Positions 26,890 to 42,852 are shown, counted from the first letter of the stretch. The stretch is DNA of 64,000 bases from Octopus vulgaris (GCA_951406725.2 OX597836.1:4898001-4962000); one strand, 5' to 3'. Numbers and translations: made by a program. Notes: a model not told the origin generated them from the letters alone.

Positions 26890-27015
26890 CTCCATTTTCC
26901 GTTTCCATCTATTACATACATAAATATATACATACAAACATACATACATACATACATACATATATACATACATACAAACATACATACATACATACACATG
27001 TACATACATACATAT

Positions 27016-27094
<79 letters not shown>

Positions 27095-28095
27095 CCACGT
27101 TGAAGAGAAAGATTTCAAAATAGCAGCGATAACAGATAGAAATAGCATCCAAAACACCTTTTGACATTCACACTACACTACACACACACGCACACAAACA
27201 CAAACACACATACATACACAACTACTACTGCTAAGTTAGTAATAATAAAGTAGATATTCTGTTCTCGGGTCAACTCTGTCTGGGGAAAATAATGGATAAA
27301 TCATGGCAGCAGCACCTCTGGTCATAGGTCTTCTCCGATGCCTCTTAGCAGGGGGTTAAGTAACCACAACCACTATAAATAATGAATGACACAACATATG
27401 TTATAAAACACCTCCCGTATAATTACGTTTTCAGTTCAATAAGACAATGTCATTTGCTAGATATAAATTCCTCATCTGTAAGGTATTATAGGCAATCAAT
27501 AAACTTATATCAATGGTTATGGCTAATCGATAATCTTATGTCAATTATTTACTCGTTATTGTAAATTTTATGGTGCTTCAATATCTACAATCAATTTTAA
27601 CGGCAACCATCTTGTGATATTTTTGTTGTTGTTGGCGTAGTTTCGACCGGGGTCAATTCTGACTCAGTAGAGCCATGATCAAAAGCATTTCAGAGGCATC
27701 TATCCAGTCCAGTGTTTTATCCCAGCATCACGTATCAAGGATTACATTATCGAATATGTTTTTCATTCTTCTGTGTTTTGTAAATGGAAGCCATAATATT
27801 TTGCGGAGAATTTACTCTGAAACTGTTCTTCGAATCTCGAGCAATTATATACAATGTTTATGATGCTGTTGACACGTTTCTCGATGTTCCTGTACTGTGT
27901 AGCAACCAAATAAATTTTTTCAGCGTAAATACTAATTAGCCCGTTGTGATATTGGTTACAACATTAAATATACGTTTGCGTGTTACGTAATTATCTTTTT
28001 CTTTTCAAAGCGGAAAGAAGTAATTTAGAATAGGAGCACTTGGCTTACATCATATATAAACGCTCACATCACACACACAAACACACACACACACA

Positions 28096-28138
<43 letters not shown>

Positions 28139-28229
28139 ACATACACTCACGCACATACTTACAATCACACCTATGTACGCGTATGTGTTACCTTTTTATA
28201 CCATAATGTTAGGATTTAAATGACACTTT

Positions 28230-28848
28230 TCTCAGTCATTGATCTTGGCATTTCCAATCATTTTACTTAAGTCTACTTAGTTTTAATGAATGACTTGAAC
28301 GGGGTTGTTGCTGCCATCCTTTCCTCCATCTGTTAAATCCTGGCTTTTACGTAGGATCAGCAGTAAAGTGAACAAGACGGTGTCCATGTCTGCGAACGAC
28401 TACATAAGCATCTGGAACAGTTACTGGGTATATGGTACTTGCTAGCAAAGCAGACAAGCTCCCCATTGACGACTGGTCAGAGCGGGGAGAGTACAGAAGG
28501 TATTGATTAGGACAGAAACTCTTGTCGGTAGTTTATATGACATGTGTAATTCATTTGGTCGTTCAGGTCTTAACATCAGTTGGTAAGAATAGATGTCATT
28601 TGACGACACCTTTTTGTTTGTAATTGGCTCTCCTATTGCAGGGTTCAATCTGTGGAATATTTAAATGATACCCATCTCGTCCATTCCACAAAACAGGAGG
28701 ATACTAGAGAGCATCATAAGAAGGATTAGTCAGTGAAACACATTTAAGGATGTTGTCTTGAACATATGAATGAGAAAATCAAGATTTTCATGGGGATCAC
28801 CTACGATAAGGATGGCTACTGCAATAGATATGGGCTCGTTAAAACATA
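28230..28848 (-). pseudogene. Helitron Rep/helicase N-terminal region fragment
   Basis: With frameshifts: CFNEPISIAVAILIVGDP, VSLTNPSYDAL*YP.LWNGRDGYHLNI, NPAIGEPITNKKVSSNDIYSYQLMLR, and VVVRRHG...FTADP. These match Helitron RepHel motifs (RFNAP..EVA, SYDALQYP, KKVSAM.YYSYRLM.R, YVR.YG.PDLFITFTCNP). Confidence 0.85.
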
Positions 28849-29182
28849 GTAAAATGCCATTTACGATAGTTTACTGTGGTAAACGAACGCAGTACCGAAA
28901 GAAGAAACACACACATATACTCACAGACACATACACACTCACAGACATATACACACCGATGTGAAACAATTATATTGAAAACAGCAAAACATACACACAC
29001 GAATTTCAAGCGAAACAAAATATAGTCATTATAGGAGCAAAACATACGTTCTGTAGCATAGTTGTGCTATAAAAAATGTTTAGAGAATATTTTCAAAAGA
29101 AATATTCCAGCCTTGGAAAGTCACCAACTTAGCAAATTTTACTATTCCTCACCAATGTAACAAAGTACAGAAAGTCAACATA

Positions 29183-29343
29183 GGCGCAGGAGTGGCTGTG
29201 TGGTAAGTAGCTTGAATACCAACCACATGGTTCCGGGTTCAGTCCCACTGCGTGGCACCTTCGGCGTGTGTCTTCTACTATAGCCTCGGGCCGACCATAG
29301 CCTTCTGAGTGGATTGGTAGACGGAGACTGAAAGAAGCCCGTC

Positions 29344-29384
<41 letters not shown>

Positions 29385-29877
29385 TCTTTATTACTCACAA
29401 GGGGCTAAACACAGACAGACAAACGTGTTAAGTCGATTACATCGACCCCAGTGTGTAACTTGTACTTATTTAATCGACCCCGAAAGGATGAAAGGCAAAG
29501 TCGACCTCGGCGGGATTTGAACTCAGAACGTAGCGGCAGACGAAATATCGCTAAGCATTTCGCCCGGCGTGCTAACGATTCTGCCAGCTCGCCGCCTTCA
29601 TTTTATATATATGATGGAAAAAATAATATTGAAAACAGGAAATCATACGCACACGACGTTCAAGCGATATATATATGTTCGTGTGTCTGTGTTTTCCCCA
29701 TGACATCTCTTGACAACCGATGCTGGTGTATTTACGTCCCCGTCACCTAGGGGTTCGGCAAGAGAGTCCGATAGAATACGTACTAGGCTTACAAAGCATA
29801 AGTTCTGAGGTCGATTTGACGGACTAAAGGCGGTGCTCCAGCATGCCTGCAGTCAAATGACAGAAACAAATAAAAGA
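29183..29877 (+). mobile_element. SINE family A split by a nested family B SINE
   Basis: 5' half 29183-29345, TA tract, insert 29382-29598, 3' half ~29675-29877. Confidence 0.88.
29382..29598 (-). mobile_element. SINE family B nested in the family A microsatellite
   Basis: TTTCTTTATTAC.CACAAGGGGCTAAAC...CTGCCAGCTCGCCGCCTT. Confidence 0.92.
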
Positions 29878-30360
29878 ACGTTGAATTCACTATTGAATGA
29901 AAGTCACGGGGAAGAAAGTGGAACTCGAAGAAATTTCAGAAGGCATAATTCAATTTTTCATGCAAAAATAATTTATTTTACAATTCTGAAACGAGCGCTG
30001 AACAAAATATATTACAAAGGAATATGTTGCCGTTGTGAACGTTAATCTATTTAAAATATTTGCTGAAGTGTGTATGCAACAAGACGTAAACTAATTTGAC
30101 ACTACCATATATTTTAGGTGTGTAAGGTTATAAGGCAGTACAATTACTATTGATTAACGCAGCAGTAAAAAGGTTGTGCGGCGTTGGAAACTGCCAGTGA
30201 TGAAACAGCAAAGCAGGAATACGATAAGGACACTAGGACTGTTAAAAAAGAATTATCTTCCAACGTGTTATAAGGAGTGGAATAACATTACTGTAATTAT
30301 ATTGAAACAGCCGCTAAGGATATCTACTTGGCCGAGTTTACAAATTTGTTATAATAAACA

Positions 30361-30845
<485 letters not shown>

Positions 30846-31199
30846 GAATAACACTTTTTATCAGATATATTTGCGTGTATGGTGAGTACAGTGAGTACAG
30901 TGAAATCAGCCAAATCTTCTTCGTGTACTTCAAAGTCAACGCTGTTGTTCGTTTAACGTGCAGGCCGCAAATAAACTAAACCCTTTAGAAATCGGCGCAT
31001 TTCCCTGTTGGGCGTTACAGTCCTATACATATACTAAGGCAGACACACAGAGACATACATTCAAGCACACCTCCGGCCTATCACTGTCTCTGTGCGTGTC
31101 CTTCTCTGTCTTTGGACGTGTGTGTGGCGGGGGTGGGGTCAGTCGGCACAAAAATGTATGTATACTGAAAGACACATACACCGTCACATATATTTGTCA

Positions 31200-31525
31200 G
31201 TCATCGGCCTAACGTAAGTAACGAACGTGCAAGCACACTCTATAGAAAATGTAGCATCGTCGTCGTTGAGCTGGTGGTATAAAATGTCGTTTATGATAGG
31301 TGACTAAAAGAAAAATTGTAATTTTAAATATTTGTAATGCAAATATATAAATGGAAGCAAAAATTTAGTTGGTATCCCAAACATTACTGAATATGTTTAT
31401 ACTCCAAACGTCAAAATCGGCAATTCGCTTTCGGAATGCGTAAGGAACATACGTCACACACACACACACGCACATACACGCACACAATCTCACACACACA
31501 CAAACTGTCTTTTATAGATAATAGA
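31200..31525 (-). mobile_element. Probable Helitron 5' end (non-autonomous)
   Basis: Minus strand A|TCTATTATCTATAAAAGACAGTTTGTGTG, a TC start followed by a microsatellite. No clear 3' CTAG hairpin found; left boundary uncertain. Confidence 0.4.
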
Positions 31526-31639
31526 TATATTTAATTAGAAGAAGAAATAACCACATTAGAGATTTTACAATTCAAGGTATGCCACTTTTATTATTTTATC
31601 TTTTTAGGTTGATTTCATTAAAACATTTTTTTATGCATA

Positions 31640-31804
31640 GGCGCAGGAGTGACTGTGTGGTAAGTAGCTTGCTAACCAACTACATGGTTCTGGGTTTAGT
31701 CCCACTGCGTGGAACCTTGGGCAAGTGTCTTCTGCTATAGTCCCGGGCCGACCAATGCCTTGTCAGTGGATTTGGTAGACGGAAACTGAAAGAAGCCTGT
31801 CGTA

Positions 31805-31865
<61 letters not shown>

Positions 31866-32088
31866 ATGTGTGTTTGTGTGTGTGTTTGTCCCCCTAGCAT
31901 TGCTGGACAACCGATGCTGGTGTGTTTACGTCCCCGTCACTTAGCGGTTCGGCAAAAGAGACCGATAGAATAAGTACTGGGCTTACAAAGAATAAGTCCT
32001 GGGGTCGATTTGTTCGACTAAAGGCGGTGCTCCAGCATGGCCGCAGTCAAATGATTGAAACAAGTAAAAGAGTAAAAGAGTAAAGAGT
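31640..32088 (+). mobile_element. Full-length SINE family A
   Basis: Complete copy with (AGTAAAAG)-type tandem tail. Confidence 0.95.
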
Positions 32089-32527
32089 ATATGTTATTTA
32101 TTTGTTTTTTATATATGATATATTCATGAATATATAGAACCCATCACTTAGATAGACTTACTATATATATCTTTTCACTTCTTCAAATCACTAATACTCT
32201 GTATGGTTCATTGAAAAGAAAAATGATTACCTAAGTTTCATAAGCTCATAATTTAACCTGAAAAAGTTCTACGAACGAACATACAGTTACGATATGATAC
32301 TTTACTTAGCATTTAACCAAATGCTAAGAACTTCTGAACAACAAGGTGTCAGGACTGAAACCTATATGTAGGTTTCTTTATTGCAACTTGTAATCAATTT
32401 ATTTGTTCTGTTGTGATTTTTATAAGAAATTTTCATCATTGTATAACATAAAAATAAATGCTTCATACATCCATTTTTCTCCATTTCCTTTTTCCTTCAA
32501 TATATATTTTATGTGTGTATGTATATG

Positions 32528-32571
<44 letters not shown>

Positions 32572-32653
32572 AATATTTAAGTAGGTGAATGAATTATCCT
32601 ATGCTTATCGTCAGCAATGTTGTCTTCGAAACATATGTCGACTCCATTCTTTC

Positions 32654-32715
<62 letters not shown>

Positions 32716-32716
32716 T

Positions 32717-32764
<48 letters not shown>

Positions 32765-33599
32765 TATACATATATAAATAATATAATTAGCCTGTTAGCA
32801 ATTCGCACCTACAGGTAAATTAATAAACAAAGGTACAAAATAGTAGCAACAATGCTAGAGACAACAGTCAATTACGAAATTTTTATGAGTATAGATGTTA
32901 TTTATAGCTACATACATACTTACATGCACATGTGTGTGTGTGTATTAGTTTGTCAGTGTGTGTGTGTGTGTGCGTGCGTGTATGCATGGATGTCTGTATA
33001 TTTCCAACAAAAACTTTAGATATGTTGTATCTCTGGTTTTTTTTTATGCTAATAGTATTCCCATGCCCTAACGAAAATTTTAGCAATTTCTATATTCTTT
33101 GCAAGACATCTCCACACACCTTTCCTGATGTTTTATTGTTAGTTCACCGTTCTCATGTTGTCTAATATATTTTTTTTTAAACCATTGAACAAACTCTGTT
33201 TTTGAATTATTCAAACCAAGCTGTCCGTTTAGTGTCAGAATGAAACATTTCTGAATACACTTAATGTTATATGATACTGTTTTTGGTTTTGTGGATCATA
33301 GTATCTAGAATTAGATTAAGACTCTAAGCTCTGTAAACAGACTTTGGCTTAAGAAAGAATGTCTTTTTCCCTTGACAAATGGAAATGACGTCACTCTCGT
33401 TCCCTTGTTCCCTGATTCAAAATAACCAATACTGAAAAGCGGATATCAATATATTCGAACACACAGCGAGAGCGAAACGTACACACAACCATCCCAACCC
33501 CCACACCTACACATACAAATACATATTTATACATGTATACATATGCATGTCTCTCTCTCTCTCTTTTCTCTCTCTCTATATATATACGCACACACACAC

Positions 33600-33636
<37 letters not shown>

Positions 33637-33694
33637 TATATGAATCCGTCTATGTATATATACATCCGCCGTAGAGTGACGAGTGTGTGCATGC

Positions 33695-33765
<71 letters not shown>

Positions 33766-34079
33766 TACATATATATATATACATATATATATATACAAAT
33801 ATATAGATATATAGATACATAGATACATACACACATACATATATTCTGTGTATACATACATGTATGCATACGTGCATATATATATATGTATATATACATG
33901 TGTGTGTGTGTGTTTGTGAGTATTTGCTTGCGAGTGTGTGTGTAGGTGAGTGTGTGTATGTGAGTGTGTGTGTATGTATGTGTGAGGTTATTTTTCGCGA
34001 AGTTTCGAAATAATATTCTTCATTTTTCCAATTGATTTGTCGCTGTATTTTATTGCTATGTCTATAAAACTTTATTATT

Positions 34080-34440
34080 TTTAAATTCGGAAATTTTCTT
34101 GTTGCCCTCTTTGACATTTTACTCCGCTACATTAACAAAAAATTTAATCTTGCCGTGTACAATCTATTTGTGATCGGTATCTTCGCTGTTGTGTTCAGTT
34201 ATTTCATTGCTGTATTTGACAAATTTTGTTGTTGGTGATGTGTTTGACATTTCGTGGTTATATATTCAATTATTTTATTGATGTTTCAAAATTCTTTGGT
34301 TGTGTTCTATTTGTTCAAGCGGCTGAATACGAAATCATTCTTGTGACCATATTTGAAATTTTTGTTGTTGCTATACTTGAAATTGTTTATATAATTTAGA
34401 ATTTTTTTTAATGCTGTATTTCACATTTTGTTTCCCCTCT
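34080..34440. repeat. Degenerate ~21-25-bp minisatellite
   Basis: Recurring TTTGA(A/C)ATTTT..TTG(T/C)TG.(G/A)TA-like units. Confidence 0.5.
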
Positions 34441-35463
34441 GTTTAAATTGTAGTTATTTAATATTTACTCTGTCTCAAATTTCATTTAAACTGTCTGGAA
34501 GCTGAATCCTTACAGTCGAGACTAGCCTGCACCAGTACTTACGCAACCCAAAGACATAATAATAGTAATAAAAGTAATGTAAACGCCTTAAAGCAGGGAA
34601 AATAATTTCTGAACGTTGCGGGCATATAGAAATTTTAAAAGATAGAAAATAAAATAAGTGGTTAAAGAAAAGTCACAGAAAACTATTACTATCATGAATT
34701 GGCCTATTCGTTATAAATACTGAAAGATGTTCTTCAGTTGTATGATATTATTCTATTTTATTGGGGATTTTTAAATAAAGCAACCAGGGGGTTGATGGAA
34801 TCGTTAGAAGCGTCATAGGGATTTCGGTTCAGTAAGCTGTTTCGTCTCATTGTGTTCTGAGTTTCAGAATTCACTTCCTGTACCAACGTCTTCGCAGTGT
34901 GTTAGACGGTTCTTTTCTGACTGAACTAACAAAGATACGCCTCTAGCATGGAACCTAGCGTCTCGACAAAAATGACGACCATTTTATCTTCATTAACACA
35001 CACACACACATATGGACCGTGTATACAGTGTTATAAATACTGACAGAAATAAATTGTAATAAGAAGTAGAATAACTTTTGTGTAGAGTAAAATAAAAGGG
35101 ATTGGGTTAAGAGCAAACAAATAGAACCAGCGAAACGACAATGGAGAGCTGTAATAGACTGATGCCTAAAACTCTGCATCTGCACATGTGGTGTAGATAC
35201 TCAGTACTCAGGAAGCAATGGAAGGCATTTATACATATTTTATCTATTGCTCGATCAATTTTGATTTATGTTTCACTATTTAAAAAAAATCATCTTTATA
35301 TCTGCTTTTCCTCTGATCATGTTTTAATGCTGAGACATCGCTAGCAAGACTATTGCCGCTGTCATAGATAATTTGTTTAATATTATTACTTAATCGTGGC
35401 CAAATCTGAACTTACATACATAAAGCATTCCTTCCATTAATATATCTTCTTTTCAGTGAAATA

Positions 35464-35689
35464 TATTTCTTTATTGCCCACAAGGGGCTAAACACACAGG
35501 GGACAAACAAGGACAGACAAATGGATTAAGTCGATTACAACGACCCTAGTGCGTAACAGGTACTTAATTTATCGATCCCGAAAGGATGAAAGGCAAAGTT
35601 GACCTCGGCGGAATTTGAACTCAGAACGTAACGACAGACAAAATACGGCTACGCATTTTGTCCGGCGTGCTAACGTTTCTGCCAGCTCG
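35464..35689 (-). mobile_element. SINE family B
   Basis: TATTTCTTTATTGCCCACAAGGGGCTAAAC...GCTAACGTTTCTGCCAGCTCG. Confidence 0.92.
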
Positions 35690-36099
35690 AAATAGACGAC
35701 CTGACTTATATCAAGAAAATATAAAGCGTGCGATTTAATGACACACAACTGATAAATTATCGCAGCTTCAAAGATCTGGAATAGGGAGGCACATTGACTT
35801 CACTTGTCTTATATATACATATTTTAAATGTGTATGCTTGTATGTATGTGTGTGTGTCTATATATATATATACCAGCTTAAAAGCCGCCGTATCCTGTTG
35901 AGGGCTCTTCATTAGGCATTGAGCACAAAAATGACACTTCATGCATTGAGTACATATTAAATGTTATTCAACTTGGGCAATATTTTTCAAGGAATAGACA
36001 ATTTTCTTCAGAACAATGATATCATTTCTCGATTTGGAACATATTTCAAAGCTGCATGACAAACAACAGTAACGCCACTACCATCGCCACTACATCTGC

Positions 36100-36435
36100 C
36101 ATACACACATTATTCAGAAGTATTTCCAATGTTTTTCATGAAGTCGGAAATGCTGAGCATAAATAAATTCCTAATCGGACATAAAACTTTCAGCTAAGAA
36201 TACTATCACTAAGGTGGGTGCAAATATAGTTCCCATTGCAGTCCCATTTCGTTGAAAGTAAAATAGAAACTCTAAATAGAAATGGGTGGTTGTAGTAAAA
36301 ATACAAATCACTCTTGTAGAAATTCTTTAAGAAACTCCCCTGAATTATGTGTTGATAATTGCCTAGTCTCTCATTAATCTTAAGAATGGGAATTATTATT
36401 GTGTAGTCTATTCATATCAAAACAAACAAGGAATT
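36100..36435 (-). pseudogene. Penelope-like element reverse transcriptase remnant
   Basis: Minus strand LVCFDMNRLHNN (approx. LVSFDV.SLYTNIP) followed by YFQRNGTAMGTIFAPTL (PLE motif GTAMG..AP). Confidence 0.75.
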
Positions 36436-36989
36436 TATACACCAGTGTGCACACACACATATATGTGAACAAGCATTTCTATACCTGAAGAAATAGATTC
36501 ATATATACCTATACTGAAATGAATATGTGTGCTTTCACACGCGTCTATCTAATGCGTGGAGTGTGTTAGTGTATATATGTGTATGTGTGAATGTGAGTTG
36601 TGCGTGTGTTTGTACCTATATATATATTATGTATATGTGTATATGCGCACCACACACACACACACACACACATCATACACACACACATATATATACATGT
36701 AATTATAGACTGAGACAAAAGTATTGATCACTTGCTAATATGTAGATAAAACGATAGTTCAGCAGGTATAGAGATCGATTGACTGATAAGGAGGTAGATG
36801 GTGATATATTAAGCGCGATAGTAGATTAGATGACGTAGTGATTCCAGTTTTTAGATCGATAAGTAGGTTCCTAGACGAAGATACACAGAGAAGAAACTTC
36901 CAATAGATGCGAGCTGGTGAAGATGTATTTACACTTATGCAGTCTGTATATCAATAACTGCAAGGTTGCTAATATGTGCAGATGTGCTT

Positions 36990-37200
36990 GCTTATTCTTC
37001 TATTCTTTGATTTGTTTCAGTCATATGAGTGCAGTCATGCTGGAGTACAGCCTTGAGTCGAACAAATCGAATACAGAAGTTATTCTTTGTTAACCTAGTA
37101 CTTATTCTATCGGTCACTTTTGCCGAGACACCAAGTTGCGGGTACTAAGTTACTAAGTCACGGTTATGAAGGAATGGTGTGCAGAAAAACAAAGACAAAA
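36990..37200 (-). mobile_element. SINE family A 3' half, degenerate
   Basis: TTGTTTCAGTCAT..G.GTGCAGTCATGCTGGAG..., CCTAGTACTTATTCTATCGGTCACTTTTGCCGA. Confidence 0.75.
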
Positions 37201-37209
37201 GTACACACA

Positions 37210-37311
<102 letters not shown>

Positions 37312-38170
37312 CATATATATATATATATGTATATATATATATGTATATATATATGGATAACAAATCCCAGTGATTCTCTCGCACATCAGCCCTTTTTCAA
37401 ATCTACTTTTACCATTGAATTTTTTTCGCTTTCAGTCTATATTTGCACGTATTTTCTAAACGAATGGTGTGTGCAACGGGAGTCCTGCATCCATACGATA
37501 TGACTACTCCGTATTCTTTCAAGTAAAATTGTTATGGTTTCAGAGCAGGAAATAATCGTTTACCTGAGCAAGCTAACATTCTTTGTTCTGCTCTTCCAAT
37601 ACATAACAACGGACACTGCCCTGTAATCTCAAGTGTTGTACCACCCACTTGATGCCCATAAATCTTTCACGTTCCACAACTCGTATACCAGGGAGGCAAG
37701 ATATATTTTATACTCTCGTCGTGCTTGCAGCTACAATTTTACTCAGGCGCTCAAACATTCAGCTGTGTCATGACCCTCTCGATATTGGTAGTTGTGACTT
37801 TTACCCCATCAGCAAATCTACACGAATGGCTGGAATATTTTCCTGCTTGTCCTATATTAGATGGTTCGTTACATTTTACTTGATACCTCAACAAGAGCCA
37901 TACTCTCATATGTCAGGGGAAATATCGGCATTTGTTGTTCTTCAACAGAAGTGCCACTAATAATGGCTAAGGCTCCGTAGGGGTGTAAAACGATGGAGCA
38001 GATGTTCTTTGTTTTTGCACAGAACTGGAATGGATTAGGCTTTCATCTTTTTAATATGAGATTGGTTTATTTTCCTTGGATGGTCATTTGAATCGACCGA
38101 GATTCAAGCAATCGTCACAGAATATTATCGTGGGTTTTTTTCAGTACACCGAGTCCTTAATATAACTTAC

Positions 38171-38232
<62 letters not shown>

Positions 38233-38356
38233 CAGGAGTGGCTGTGTGGTAAGTGAAAGAAAATAATATATATATGTACACACATGCTTACTGACAGACA
38301 TGTTTATACTATGAGCTTGTGCGTAGTAATGGTCAACTAAATTCTCTTGTAATACA

Positions 38357-38590
38357 TATTTCTTTATTACCCACAAGGGGCTAAACACAGAGGGGACAAA
38401 CAAGGACAGACATAGGTATTAAGTCGATTACATCGACCCCAGTGCGTAACTGGTACTTAATTTATCGATCCCGAAAGGATGTAAGGCAAAGTCGACCTCG
38501 GCGGAATTTGAACTCGCAACGTAACGACAGACGAAAATACGGCTACGCATTTCGCCCTGCGTGCTAAAGTTTCTGCCAGCTCGCCGCCTT
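38357..38590 (-). mobile_element. Full-length SINE family B
   Basis: Complete head-to-tail match to the other B copies. Confidence 0.95.
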
Positions 38591-39184
38591 GGATATACAT
38601 TGGTATATGTAATACATTGGTTGTCCAGTTGCTATTGTTGCAGTCACTTGCCAAAGATGCTACGCAGTAGAACTGAACGGGAAATCACGTTGGTGAAAGG
38701 CGTATTTCTTAACCTTTCCTTCATTCCTACACGTGTTTTAATCGGATAATAGTTCTGTATAAATCTAGTTTTATATTATTTGACATTTTAGCCTTGATGG
38801 GGAAAGTAAAAGTGGAAAGAAAATGGCGTACGTTTGATTATTAAATTATTCATTCATTTTGTTGCTGTCTGCTGTGTTATGTAAATTAAACTGACCACTT
38901 TAGTGATGTCTCAGTTGTTATGCAATATTGATGGCTTTCAGTTGCTATTGTCTCTGTAGACAGAAAATAAGTAATCATTCTTTGATGATGGATAAATAAC
39001 ATTAGAATCGAAATTGATCATTCCGAATGAGAATGATCTACGTTGTGTTGGCTTTTCGTAACGCGTTCACTGCAAGGATCATGTGTGTTTCTGTTGAAAG
39101 GATTGCATAAAATTCGAAGCCATAATGCACATGCACATAGACACACACACATACATACACAAATACATACATACATAGGTGTAC

Positions 39185-39244
<60 letters not shown>

Positions 39245-39474
39245 GTTTGTATACAATCACACACACATATATACATACATAGATTTACATTATAGACACA
39301 CATATATACAAATAAATATTTATATATTTATACATATATGTATATACAGACACACACTCATATGCTATGCGTATAGATATTTAAGTATACATGCACATGT
39401 ATGTATATATATATGTGTGTGTGTATTTGTGTGTTTAAATACATATTCACATTTATTCGGTGTGTATATAGACA

Positions 39475-39532
<58 letters not shown>

Positions 39533-40089
39533 TATATAGTTGCGTGCGTGGATACTTGTTTATGTGTAATGTGGAAGGGAGTAAATGATGGATAAGCAAC
39601 AAAGCCTGAGAAAGGATGAAATTGTCTAAATGAACGTGGATAGAAGAGTGAACGAGAGAGAGAGAGAGAGAAGGAGATTATGAGATGTGTGTCATAAAAT
39701 GTAACCATGCAATAGAGAACGATAGAGATCGATTTGTTACAAATGCAATGAGAGAGAGAGAGAAGAGAGGCAGAAACAACGAGAGAGGGGGATAATCAGG
39801 AAGGCTAAGAGAGCGCGAGGTGTACAGGAGGATTAATAAGAGGAAGGCAGTGGGTGGTGGTGGGGGAGAGGAAGAATAGGAGTCCACCTAATTCGATTGA
39901 TGTTAATTGTGTACAAATCAAATCGGAAATCCAACAATGATTGAAGTTATCGATTACTAGGAGAATATGTCCTCTCCAAATCGATAATTGATTGGCCATT
40001 CGGACATTGATCACAAGCTTTCAAGGACAACATTTCCAGCTTCGGGAGCAGAGGAAGGACGGTGTGGTTTGGAGGTGATTTTCATAGCA

Positions 40090-40505
<416 letters not shown>

Positions 40506-41420
40506 GTTCTCGTCAGTGTTGGTGGTTAAATGGTAAGACGGCAACGGTGACGGCGATACTGTTGGCGCTCGTTTTCGGAGCCGGGATCACATTGCTGCTG
40601 CTGGCGATGGTGCCGGTGCTTCCGCTGGTTTGAAGGTAGTTCTAAACGCCCTCATGCGGGAGATTAACGTGTTGGTGGTTATGGAAATGGTAGCTTTAAG
40701 ATCGATCGTATTAATGATCGTGACACACGTAATGATGGTGCCGGTGGTGCTGGTGACGGTGGCGATGCTGTGTGCAATACTGGGGGGCTACGGTTCTAAT
40801 CTTGGTGACCTTCGTAAAATTAGAGGTAAGTTTGCTGAAAATAGAGGCGATGATGGTGATGAGGATAAAGCTGGTGAGAATGGGGATGGAATTCTGGGTG
40901 ATGGTGGCGGAATGGTAAAGATGGTAATGGTGGTGGTGGTGGTGGTTGTGGTGTTTGTTGTGGTAGTAGTGGTCGTGGTGTTAGTGTTGGTTGTGGTTGC
41001 GGCGTTGGTAGTGGTTGTGGTGGTGTTAGCTGTTGTGGTAGTTGTTGTGGTGTTAGTGGTGTTGGTTGTGGAGATTGTGACATTTGTGGTATTTGTGGTG
41101 GTGGCGGTGGTTGTGGTGATGGTGGTGGTGATGATGATGGGGTTTTGTGGTGGTAGTGGTGGCAGTGGCTGTGGCGGATTGTATTGGTACTGGCGATGAG
41201 GAAGGTGATTGTAATGGTGGTGGTGGTGTTGATGGTGGCGTTGATTGATGGTGGTGGTGGTGGGGCGGTGTCGCTGGCTGCTTTGTTGTTGATGGTCGTC
41301 GTTGTAACAGTGGTGACATGCTGGAGATCATGGCCATATTGTTGCCTGTAAAATCCGGTGTTGCTGTTGGTGCGTGGGGTTAAAGTGTTGATTGCTGTGA
41401 TGGCGGTGACAACGAAAAGC
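40506..41420. repeat. GGT/GAT/GTT-rich low-complexity tract
   Basis: Degenerate triplet repeats producing the poly-V/H/P ORFs. Confidence 0.85.
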
Positions 41421-41754
41421 ATTTTAAAAATATTTACTTGTAGAAGAAATGAAGCAGCTTTTGGATCTTGTAATGGTCAATTATTAGACGAAGATTTCCT
41501 ACCTAAACCACACGAAATGCATGAGCAAATAAATAACAACACGTTGAAAAGTGTAATCTTAGATATATGGTGTTTGGGAAGGCAATTAAGCCAGGGTGGC
41601 CATATCTGGAAATCGTTTGATGTTCTACATAATAATTGCGCCTGTAACTAAATACATCAATATGGGATGTTTGAGGAGGAAGAGGCATATTATAGGGAAT
41701 TCATTGAGGACATGGTGTGTGTGTGACGTTGTTGGCTGCGATGGATCGAGTCAC

Positions 41755-42092
41755 AAAATAAGTATCGGCACTCCGTCGGCTACGACGATGAGTTTTCCAG
41801 TAGATCCGATCAACGGAGCAGATTGTGTACGTGAAATTAACATGCAAGTAGTTGACCACACCCTCTGGCACGCGTACCCTTAAAATTTAGTTCTCAGGGA
41901 GATTCAGCGTGATATATAATGTGACAGGACAGGCCCTTTGAAATATACGTACAATTCATTTTTGCCACCTCTGAGTGAACTGGCGAAACCGAAAATGTAT
42001 TTTGCTCAAGGAAGCAACATGCCGACTGGAATCGAACTGACGACCTAACGATCATGAGCCGAATATCGTAACCACTGAATCACATGCTTTAG
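41755..42092 (-). mobile_element. tRNA-headed SINE (family D-like) with distinct 3' region
   Basis: Minus-strand head GCATGTGATTCAGTGGTTA..GTTCGATTCC, then TTGAGCAAAATAC..CCAGTTCACTCAG. 3' end CTCATCGTCGTAGCCGACGGAGTGCC. Confidence 0.7.
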
Positions 42093-42852
42093 CATAAGTG
42101 GGGGTGAGGGAGAAATGACAGGCTTGACACGCATTTAGATTGCGTTGACATTGCTGAGTAAGTGATGGTGTTAATCTATTTTCTTTAAAAGTCGGGCGAA
42201 TCACGATGTTTTTTCTAATTGTCCTTTTTATGTTTGTTAAACACTCAATTTTTGTTTGATTTCTGTTTCTTTAACGCATTATTATAACAGCTTGCGACAT
42301 CATTAAATTCGGTCCTATCTCTTTTATGCTACTTCAAAAGAAAATTCTCACCGAGTCGGAAATGCCAACAGTTGTACAACAAAATCGATCTCATAATCAG
42401 AACGAACCGTACGTAACATCTCAAAAATATAATAATGAGCAAATATCAAAGAAAAAACAAGAGTAATATGTAGGTAGCCAGAATTAAGAAAACCTCTTTC
42501 CTTAATAGAAAATGCTGAAGGACGTGAAATGCTTGCGAAGAAAAAGGCAATGTCTCAAGCAAGATGCACGAATATACTTTATTTGTGTATTTGTGAGAAG
42601 GCAGTTTTGAGAACCGTTAACACGAATACATTTCCGACTACAGGGTAAAGTAAAAAGAATAAAATAGCAAATAACAATATTAAAACATGTGGTTACGAAT
42701 AGCAAAAGAAAAATTAAGATACTTACAACGTATCTACTGCTACACCGCTAGTTGCCTATTAATTCCAAGGTCGGAAAAAGTTCTCCCATCATAAGTGGGT
42801 CAATGTAACGCCAGCGACACATATCAGAGTAGCATAATATATAATTTCGATA

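Noticed and set aside
40630-41422. Poly-V, poly-H and P/Q-rich ORFs of 94-200 aa (also 14770-15269)
   Set aside because: Degenerate trinucleotide repeats open on both strands, with no domain or splice support.
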